From a virus (Duplodnaviria; Caudoviricetes): DNA of 26,118 bases. Position numbers and translations under genes: made by a program. The notes under the pieces were generated by a model, which searched no databases, was not told the DNA's origin, and saw nothing but the letters and a program-made list of their open reading frames with translations. The stretch is from positions 1 through 26,118 of IMG/VR virus record IMGVR_UViG_3300031565_004791; one strand, given 5' to 3'. Positions 8,947-15,299 of this stretch are shown piece by piece; within the stretch, counting starts at the first letter, position 1, and each line of letters starts with the position of its first letter.

Positions 8947-11486
8947 CAGCGCCCTCGCCTTCCCGCTCGAGACGACCCGAGCTCGTAGTCGAGGTGAAGC
9001 GCCGAAAGCGACCACTGCGCGCCACCCTGCGAAATGCAGAGCTTCGGAAAGAGGATCGCGGCTCGCGCGTGGTCGCGCGTGGTGAGAAACGGGATGTCTT
9101 CGGGGAGCGCGTCATCCTGGAGCGTGTGCTCGGTCGTCACCGATGCCGCCGTGTGGATGAGGTCGGAGCGGAAGCTCAGCGTCGCATCGTACATGCGCCG
9201 GTCGGACTCGTACGTCAGAACGCCGCGCTGCCAGTGCTTCGTGACCGTGGGCACCTGCGCGCTCTTCGCGATCCACTCGATGCACTGCTCCACCGGCTGA
9301 TAGAAGACGACGTCTGTCGCATCCCACGTCGTGTCATCCAGCGGAATGACCGTCGCCGTGTCGGGCGAGTCGCCGCCGTCCGCCGTGGCCGACACGACAC
9401 CGCGCCCGCCCGTAGCCGCCTGATACGCCCACGATCCGACGGGGGCGTCTGCGCGCGAGCCGGTGAGCGTCAGGACGACCGCGCTCGCGGTCTGCGAGAC
9501 GCTGATGATCGTGTCGGTGTACGTCACGTCCGCGTGAGGTGCCTCGTCGCTGTCGAGCGTCTCACGCCACACGTCGCCGAGGTCGTCTGCGTCGAGGCCC
9601 GAGAAGAGAATGCGCCCGGCGATGGTGGTCGCCGCGCTGTACTCGCGGTCGCCCGAGGTCCAGCGCGTCCATCCCTGAGTCCGCATGTCGTACTGATAGA
9701 CGCTCGCGACGTAGGCATCCCCGACCGCCGCAGGCACGCCGAGCAGTAACCGCTCTTCACCGTCTTGATAGTGCAGGAAGCATCCGAGCGTGGAGCCGCT
9801 GGCCGGGTCAGTCGTGGCCTGTAGCGCCACTTGGATCGCGCGCAGGTCGGGCTCGATTGCTGGTGCGCTGAGGTTCCCGGCGACGCCACCCTCGGAGAGC
9901 ATGATGACGCCGGCATCGGTCCACGCAAAGACGCGGTCGCCGCCGACCGCTACGGACTTCGGGTGGAGCAAGCGGGCAGTGCTGTCGATCTGCTCGACGC
10001 GCAGCGTCTCGGGCGTGTCGCCAGAGATGATCCAGATGCCATCCGTCTTGAAGACGAAGAGCGCACGCCGCGTCGACCTCATCGCAAGGATGGGCTCGGA
10101 GCGCGATCCAATGTCGACAAAGTTCAGCGCAGGAACGTGCTCGGGCTCTTGCAGCTTCGAGTACATCACGCGGTGGGCGTTCGCTTCTATCTCACCGGAA
10201 AGCGCATAGACGGGTCCAGACCGCGTCTCCAAAGGCGGGTCGAAGAGCCCGACCATTCCAGCCGCAGACCCTACGAAGTCAAACGCGCCATTGGCGCCAA
10301 GATACGGCTCATAAAGCACCATCGTGCCGCCGCCCGCGTGGCCCGCCATAAACACATCGTTTGTTGCAGGTGACCGGGTGTTGATCGATAGACACAGCAG
10401 TCGCACGATTGTCGGAACGTTTGCGTTGAGCGGGATGTCGCCCGTTGCGGCATTGAATGTGGACGCCGTAAAGGTGTAGGTGAGCCCGTTAATCGTGAGC
10501 GTCTGCCCCGCCGTCGGACGCGCGACCATGCGCACCACTAGCTGTCGCGGCTGCTGCACACGCCCGAAAAACAGCATCTGATTGAAAAACGCGATTGACG
10601 CGGCCTGAGGAGGCCGCTCATTCGCCTGTAGGATGCCTTGCTGCGTCGCGTTCGTGTATAGTGATGCGCCCAAATCGGCAGGGTCTGTGATGTCAAAGAA
10701 AATCGATGATCCGCTTGAGACGTCTGCGCCAACGGGCTCGTACACCATCGCAAGGTACAACTCGTCGCTAGGAGTCGCCGTAAAGGGCGTCACGGCGATT
10801 GATCGATATACCTCGATAGTGTCGCCGCTGGCGAGCTCCGCAGGGTGCCGAAGACTGAGCTGTACGCGACGGTCACCGCCAGAGCTGTTTGCCACGACGA
10901 GGTCGGAAGACGGCGTCGATCGGACGATCAGCCCATCTGCGGACTCTCGCACGACGCAGACGCGATAGCGGACCGCAGAGTCAGTCGGCAGCCAGTTCTC
11001 GTCAGCAACCCCGGACACGTCGAGCGCAGCGCTTCCGGGCACCTGCCCGAGCCGTGGATACCCTGCACGCACGGCGACTCCGTCCACGACGCGGGCCACG
11101 CCGCTGGAGGTGGGCACATAGAGCGCGTCCCGAGCGACCGCCGCCGATGCGCCCGCGTATTCGCCGGACTGCGTAATGGCCTGCGTCGCCACGCGGTTTG
11201 CCCATGTCCACGCAGGCTCCGGCACCGCTGCGCCCGTGTCGTCGTCGAGCCCGCCCGTGGTCTGCCCGTAGAGCTCCTCAGCGTCGCCCGTGGGCGCTGG
11301 GTAGATTCCGACGTAGCGCGCCCCGCCGCTGAGACCCTCCGGACGAAAGCCCGGCCGCGGCTCGGCGACGCCCGCCCTGCGGATGACGACGTTGTCCGCG
11401 ACGCGTAGCGCGCCCTGCGGTGCTTCCGTGTGCGGGTTCGGGTCGGTGTACAGGCCGGCCGCGCGCAGTGTTAGGTCAGTCGCCAT
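8946..11486 (-). CDS. Tail nozzle / packaged-DNA stabilization protein (P22 gp10 / T7 gp12-like), 846 aa
   Basis: Start ATG 11486 (MATDLTLRAAGLYTDPNP...GALRVADNVVI); beta-propeller-like repeats (RVMYSK..EPEHVPALNFVDIG, ALFVFKTDGIWIISG, YQYDMRTQGWTRW); directly after adaptor gene. Confidence 0.7.
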   Translation of the reverse strand: MATDLTLRAAGLYTDPNPHTEAPQGALRVADNVVIRRAGVAEPRPGFRPEGLSGGARYVGIYPAPTGDAEELYGQTTGGLDDDTGAAVPEPAWTWANRVATQAITQSGEYAGASAAVARDALYVPTSSGVARVVDGVAVRAGYPRLGQVPGSAALDVSGVADENWLPTDSAVRYRVCVVRESADGLIVRSTPSSDLVVANSSGGDRRVQLSLRHPAELASGDTIEVYRSIAVTPFTATPSDELYLAMVYEPVGADVSSGSSIFFDITDPADLGASLYTNATQQGILQANERPPQAASIAFFNQMLFFGRVQQPRQLVVRMVARPTAGQTLTINGLTYTFTASTFNAATGDIPLNANVPTIVRLLCLSINTRSPATNDVFMAGHAGGGTMVLYEPYLGANGAFDFVGSAAGMVGLFDPPLETRSGPVYALSGEIEANAHRVMYSKLQEPEHVPALNFVDIGSRSEPILAMRSTRRALFVFKTDGIWIISGDTPETLRVEQIDSTARLLHPKSVAVGGDRVFAWTDAGVIMLSEGGVAGNLSAPAIEPDLRAIQVALQATTDPASGSTLGCFLHYQDGEERLLLGVPAAVGDAYVASVYQYDMRTQGWTRWTSGDREYSAATTIAGRILFSGLDADDLGDVWRETLDSDEAPHADVTYTDTIISVSQTASAVVLTLTGSRADAPVGSWAYQAATGGRGVVSATADGGDSPDTATVIPLDDTTWDATDVVFYQPVEQCIEWIAKSAQVPTVTKHWQRGVLTYESDRRMYDATLSFRSDLIHTAASVTTEHTLQDDALPEDIPFLTTRDHARAAILFPKLCISQGGAQWSLSALHLDYELGSSRAGRRGR

Positions 11487-11499
11487 TGGCTCGCACCCC

Positions 11500-12432
11500 T
11501 CACCAGCGAATGCGACGACCACGGCGCAGAGTGCTGCGCGGGTTGAGTATGACACGGGTCCCTCCTTCGGTCCTCGGCTCCATGAGGACGCGGACAGCTT
11601 GCATCTGTCCTTGGAGGAGTGCCATCTCCCGGTCAAGTTCAGCCTGGTACCCGAGCGCGCGGTAGACCTCGGCGACGGTCGCCGTCTCAAGCACGCGGTG
11701 GAGCTCCACCGGCATCTGAAGCACGCATGTGGTGTCCGTGGCGCAGACGTAATCGCCCGCGACGGGCGCCTCAAGAATCGCAGACGCAGCGTCGAGGTCC
11801 ACCGCTGCGCCCACCACGGTCACATCGCTACCGATGACGCGCGGGCGGAATGGCGGCGAGGCGCCGATGACGTCCACGAAGTCACCGGTCGAAAACACGC
11901 TCGCGGCAGTCGTCGTAACAGTGGGCGCGCTGTACGTCAGCACCACGTCGCACGCGCTCGTCTCCACGAAGCGCCCGACGCGGAGGTAGTACCGCATCCG
12001 CAGCATGTACGTGCTCGCGAGCTGCGTCGTCGGCGTCGGCAAGATCTCGATGTCGTTGCCCTCGACCGTGTACGCGCATGGCGCATCCCACCACGGCGAC
12101 GCGGCCTCGCGGTAGAACGGTCGGTCTTCGGGCGGGATGTAGGGTAGCTGCACCTCGGCGCCCGTGGACGTCGAGACAGCGATGACGTCGCGCAGCGAGC
12201 CCGCCTCCGCACGTGTCGGAATCGGATACGCACGCTGCCCGCTGACGATGGTCACAGACTCGCTGATGACGCCATACTCCTCACGCACGGAGCGCAGGAG
12301 TGGAGCCGTCACGGTCTGATGAGCCAGGTCCGCGAGCGCGAGAAGGTCGGTGGTGGTCAGCGCGCCATTGGCCGCGGGGAGCTGGGCCCGACGACGCACC
12401 GAGGCGAGAAGGTCCGTCGTCGTGTAGGCCAT
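11500..12432 (-). CDS. Head-to-tail adaptor (tail tubular A / P22 gp4-like position), 310 aa
   Basis: N-terminal MAYTTTDLLASVRRRAQ helix, TIVSGQRAYPIP, IEILPTP and C-terminal P.ELHRVL...VAE helix match podophage adaptors; synteny. Confidence 0.7.
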   Translation of the reverse strand: MAYTTTDLLASVRRRAQLPAANGALTTTDLLALADLAHQTVTAPLLRSVREEYGVISESVTIVSGQRAYPIPTRAEAGSLRDVIAVSTSTGAEVQLPYIPPEDRPFYREAASPWWDAPCAYTVEGNDIEILPTPTTQLASTYMLRMRYYLRVGRFVETSACDVVLTYSAPTVTTTAASVFSTGDFVDVIGASPPFRPRVIGSDVTVVGAAVDLDAASAILEAPVAGDYVCATDTTCVLQMPVELHRVLETATVAEVYRALGYQAELDREMALLQGQMQAVRVLMEPRTEGGTRVILNPRSTLRRGRRIRW

Positions 12433-12435
12433 AGC

Positions 12436-12681
12436 TCAGTATCCCTCGTCGTCGTCGTCCTCGCCCATCATGAGCGCGTCTGCGCCCATGCCTTCGGACT
12501 CCTCGCCGCCCGCCTCGATGGCGTCGGCTTCGTCCATGAGCTGCTGACCGAGTGCCCGGAGGACCTCGGCCGCACCGGCGTTGTCTTTGACGCGAGACGG
12601 GCCCAGTCGAGCCGTGTTGGCGTCGCCTGCGATGCTCTTCAGCGCCGCAATCTCCGGAGAGCCTGAGCCCGTCTTCATCAT
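12436..12681 (-). CDS. Hypothetical protein with acidic C-terminus (81 aa)
   Basis: TGATG-coupled start at 12681 (MMKTGSGS); ends MMGEDDDDEGY. Confidence 0.55.
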   Translation of the reverse strand: MMKTGSGSPEIAALKSIAGDANTARLGPSRVKDNAGAAEVLRALGQQLMDEADAIEAGGEESEGMGADALMMGEDDDDEGY

Positions 12682-13256
12682 CAGATACCCCACCGCTCGG
12701 TGATGGGCGTCGCGACCTCGCTCGTGAGAGTCGCTCCGCTCGTGAAGCTCGAGGCGCTCACCACGACGGCGTCACCCGTCTCGGAAACGCCGATGAGTGC
12801 CGCCGTCCGGTCTGCGCCGGGATAGGTCACGGTGACCACGCCCGTCGCAGTCACACCGCTTGCGGAGACGAGCCCTGCGAGCTTGGAATGCGCGTTGATG
12901 GCCGCCGTGAGGTTGGTCGTCGCCGCCGCGAGGTCCGCGCCGATGGTGACCTCGTTCTCGTTGGCCGCCGCCACCGCCCACGTCAGCGTGACGTTGCCGA
13001 TGACGACGGTCTCGCCCGCCGTGATGTTGGCGAAGGTGATCGTGATGGTGACCGCGGAGTCCGCAAGCACTGTCCCGGAGTCCACCGAGTCGCACGTCAC
13101 CGCGAGCGCGGAGCCGCGCACTGCCGACACCCCTTGCAGGTACCGGCAGAGCGTCTCTCGGAGCTGCACCCAATCCTCGGCGTCGGCGAGCTCCGCCGCG
13201 ACCGAGGCCGCGGGGAGGTCGACACCGAGTCGGATGGTGATGATGGCGCCGCTCAT
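12681..13256 (-). CDS. Putative capsid decoration / minor structural protein (191 aa)
   Basis: Immediately downstream of MCP, GAGG RBS; Thr/Ala/Val-rich beta domain (AGETVVIGNVTLTW...NLTAAINA...GVVTVT). Confidence 0.55.
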   Translation of the reverse strand: MSGAIITIRLGVDLPAASVAAELADAEDWVQLRETLCRYLQGVSAVRGSALAVTCDSVDSGTVLADSAVTITITFANITAGETVVIGNVTLTWAVAAANENEVTIGADLAAATTNLTAAINAHSKLAGLVSASGVTATGVVTVTYPGADRTAALIGVSETGDAVVVSASSFTSGATLTSEVATPITERWGI

Positions 13257-13262
13257 GGCGCC

Positions 13263-14516
13263 TCAGATCGCCTGGCTGTTGACGATGCCGGTGAAGAGCA
13301 CGCTGCACGCCGGCTTGAAGCTGACGAGCGCCTGGTCCCACCACTGCCGAAGCTCGAAGCCAGCGTTCGACTCCAGTTCGCGGAAGAACCGCTCTTGCTG
13401 ACCGGTGACGCCGGGGAGCCGGAACGTCAGGTCCGCCGAGCCGACGCGCTTGAAGTAGCGGTCGGCCGTGAGAAAGGCCTCGCCGGCCTTGATCATCGGG
13501 TGCGGCTTGATCTCAATGGTGCCGGTCTGCCCGTAGAACACGAGCTTCTCGGTGCCGAGGTCGGCTTCCATCCGCATCTTCGCCGCGTAGCGCCGGAGCG
13601 CCGCCGCATCGTTGTTGAAGTCGCTCCAGGTGTACGGCGACACGCGGAGCGTAAGCGGCCCGAGACCACCACGGAACGCCGCTCGAGCCGAGCCGCGCAT
13701 GACCTTGGCGAACGTCAGCGCCGCGCCGCCCGCGCCGATGCCGTTGCCGCGCCACAGTCCGTAGGTCGCTGCGTTGATGTTGTGCATCGTGCCCGTGTTC
13801 GGCACAAGCACGCGAAGGCCGTCGAACCACGCCGCGTCCGCCTCGAAGGGGATGACGACGTCGCTCGCCTGGATCGCGTTGTTGTCCGCCACCACGCCGG
13901 TGAGCGTCACCGACCGCGTGTCGAAGTCGACGTTCGAGATGGTGAGCGCGCCGTTCGTGTTGCGCCGCGTGCCGCCGGGCGCGCTGTACACATCGACGCT
14001 CGCGCCTTCCATCTGTGCCCACAGGCCGGGGGCCCAAGACGCCTCGGTGATGACGTACGTCACCGAGGCTGCCGCGGAGCCCGCGCCCGTCAGCGTGCCA
14101 ATCGAGTCGCCACCGTAGAGGATGTTCAGCTCGCGGTAGAACGACATCGAGTTGCGCATGTCGCGGACGACGTCGTCGAACGCCGACCCGAAGGCCTCGA
14201 CGCTGGATCGCGCGCGGCTGACCACGCCATACGCGACCTGCTCGCGCATAACGGCCTGGTAGCCCTTCTCGCGGCCCGGCACAGTCTGGCCGCTGACGAC
14301 CGCGTTGAGCGCGAACGCCGTCGCGGTCTGCCCGCCCCACGTCATGCCATGGGCACGCCGCACGCGGACGTTGAAGACGTATTCGTCGCCGAGCTTCTCG
14401 GACTCCGAGAACACCATGCTCTCGGCGAGGTCACTGAATTCCGGGACGATGTCGCGTCCCTTGGTCTCGTAGCGGTCTTTGAACCAGCCATCGAGCGTAG
14501 TTTCGGTCACGGTCAT
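13263..14516 (-). CDS. Major capsid protein (417 aa)
   Basis: Position after portal and scaffold; size; strongly GC3-biased codons; GGAG RBS; HK97-fold-like pattern (DMRNSMSFYRELNILYGG, HNINAATYGLWRGN, IEIKPHPMIKAGEAF, KPACSVLFTGI). Confidence 0.85.
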   Translation of the reverse strand: MTVTETTLDGWFKDRYETKGRDIVPEFSDLAESMVFSESEKLGDEYVFNVRVRRAHGMTWGGQTATAFALNAVVSGQTVPGREKGYQAVMREQVAYGVVSRARSSVEAFGSAFDDVVRDMRNSMSFYRELNILYGGDSIGTLTGAGSAAASVTYVITEASWAPGLWAQMEGASVDVYSAPGGTRRNTNGALTISNVDFDTRSVTLTGVVADNNAIQASDVVIPFEADAAWFDGLRVLVPNTGTMHNINAATYGLWRGNGIGAGGAALTFAKVMRGSARAAFRGGLGPLTLRVSPYTWSDFNNDAAALRRYAAKMRMEADLGTEKLVFYGQTGTIEIKPHPMIKAGEAFLTADRYFKRVGSADLTFRLPGVTGQQERFFRELESNAGFELRQWWDQALVSFKPACSVLFTGIVNSQAI

Positions 14517-14670
14517 GGTGAAAATCTCCGAGGAAATGCCCGTTTCGGGGCGGTTCTTCGGCTGCCTTCACGTGTCGTGACCGGCTCCGTGGAGCACACC
14601 GGGCCCGAGGGTTACCGGCGGCTCATCGACGAAGCGGGCCCGAGGCTACGGAGCCTTGGGGTTTGTTTGC
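14517..14670 (-). promoter_or_regulatory. Structured 5' leader of the MCP gene
   Basis: 8-bp inverted repeat GGCTCCGT (14583-14590)/ACGGAGCC (14648-14655) enclosing two copies of CGGGCCCGAGG (14600-14610, 14635-14645); small hairpin just before the RBS. Confidence 0.5.
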
Positions 14671-14744
14671 TGCGCACCGCACGGAGTTTAACCGTGTCCG
14701 CGGGGATGCCTCCACCGGGTGCTGACGTTACACCACAGCGCGCA
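14671..14744 (-). ncRNA. tRNA-like cloverleaf RNA (degenerate anticodon arm, no encoded CCA)
   Basis: Acceptor CGCGCUG/CGGUGCG (extends to 9 bp), U8, D-arm GUGU-AACGUCA-GCAC, arm CGGUG-GAGGCAU-CCCCG, 4-nt variable loop, T-arm CACGG-UUAAACU-CCGUG; 70 nt from position 1 to 72. Confidence 0.7.
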
Positions 14745-14780
14745 TGCACACCATGGCACGCCGTGCCGGAGCGTGTCAAG
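14704..14780. repeat. 77-bp direct repeat, copy 1 (promoter + 5' half of tRNA-like RNA)
   Basis: 73/77 identical to 15009-15085 by hand alignment. Confidence 0.95.
14750..14779 (-). promoter_or_regulatory. Sigma70-type promoter for tRNA-like RNA and MCP
   Basis: Perfect TTGACA (14774-14779), 18-bp spacer, TG-n-CATGGT extended -10-like element; predicted +1 falls at the 5' end of the cloverleaf. Confidence 0.55.
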
Positions 14781-14970
14781 CGAGCGTCAGATTCCCGATT
14801 GGGGTGGCGTACTCCTGCGCCTTGTCGATGAACGACCACAGGATGCCGTAAGCGTTGCACGGGATGCCTTTGTGGACGAAGTCGCCTCGCGTTGCAGGGT
14901 CCTCGGTGAGCCAGTTGAGCGCCGCTCGCGCGAGGGTGCAGTCGCCGTCGGTCAGGTGAAGGTCAGACAT
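14776..14970 (-). CDS. Orphan cassette ORF, 64 aa (MSDLHLTDGDC...PIGNLTLA)
   Basis: GAGGA RBS 5 nt upstream, supplied by the duplicated scaffold tail; stop TGA lies inside the TTGACA hexamer of repeat copy 1. Confidence 0.6.
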   Translation of the reverse strand: MSDLHLTDGDCTLARAALNWLTEDPATRGDFVHKGIPCNAYGILWSFIDKAQEYATPIGNLTLA

Positions 14971-15010
14971 CGATGTCCTCGCCGTTGAGGAGCCGCGAGT
15001 ATTGCTCCGG
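14961..15010 (-). repeat. Second copy of the scaffold gene 3' end (PEQYSRLLNGEDIDV-stop)
   Basis: 44/50 identical to 15294-15343; all 6 differences are third-position synonymous in the scaffold frame. Confidence 0.95.
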
Positions 15011-15085
15011 ATGCCTCCACCGGGTGCTGACGTTACACCACAGCGCGCATGCACACCGTGACACGGTGTGCCGGAGCGTGTCAAG
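15009..15085. repeat. 77-bp direct repeat, copy 2 (promoter + tRNA-like 5' half truncated after the anticodon loop)
   Basis: 73/77 identical to 14704-14780; TTGACA at 15079-15084 (minus); contains perfect palindrome GCACACCGTG-A-CACGGTGTGC (15051-15071). Confidence 0.95.
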
Positions 15086-15299
15086 TCGGGCTGATGCCCA
15101 TCGCTCGCCGCAGCATGTCGACCGGGTACAAGCGGCGAAAGAACGCGTCTAGCGCCGCCGGCAGCCCACTCCGATACGCATCCATCGCGTCGCGAGCGTT
15201 CCATACCCTTGCCGCGAGCCTTGCGGGAGGAGCGTGGTTCGCGTACCGGCGCTCTAGCCGGCGCTGACGCTGGAGCCGACGTAGCGCGCGGCGGGTCAT
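15081..15299 (-). CDS. Orphan cassette ORF, 72 aa, Arg-rich
   Basis: ATGA overlap with scaffold stop, GAGGA 9 nt upstream; stop TGA lies inside the TTGACA hexamer of repeat copy 2. Confidence 0.55.
   Translation of the reverse strand: MTRRALRRLQRQRRLERRYANHAPPARLAARVWNARDAMDAYRSGLPAALDAFFRRLYPVDMLRRAMGISPT

Noticed and set aside
11487-11774. Longer upstream starts in the ORF track (nozzle 11774; also 1922, 6893, 7888, 9015, 21840, 22136, 24315, 25454)
   Set aside because: They overlap neighbouring genes; internal starts with RBS or stop-start overlaps fit better
14530-14630. Hammerhead ribozyme in the MCP leader (CGAUGAG ... CGAAAC on the minus strand)
   Set aside because: The core CUGAUGA is not intact and stems I-III cannot be built convincingly
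14671-14744. Functional tRNA-Ala(GGC) or tRNA-His
   Set aside because: The loop centre reads GGC but lacks Y32/U33, the stem has a mismatch, and the wobble is G4.U69 rather than G3.U70. G-1:C73 is His-like but there is no GUG anticodon. Reported as tRNA-like only
14704-15085. CRISPR array or classical attL/attR pair
   Set aside because: Only two 77-bp copies separated by coding sequence; no cas or integrase gene in the window; a second, independent flank (scaffold tail) is also duplicated
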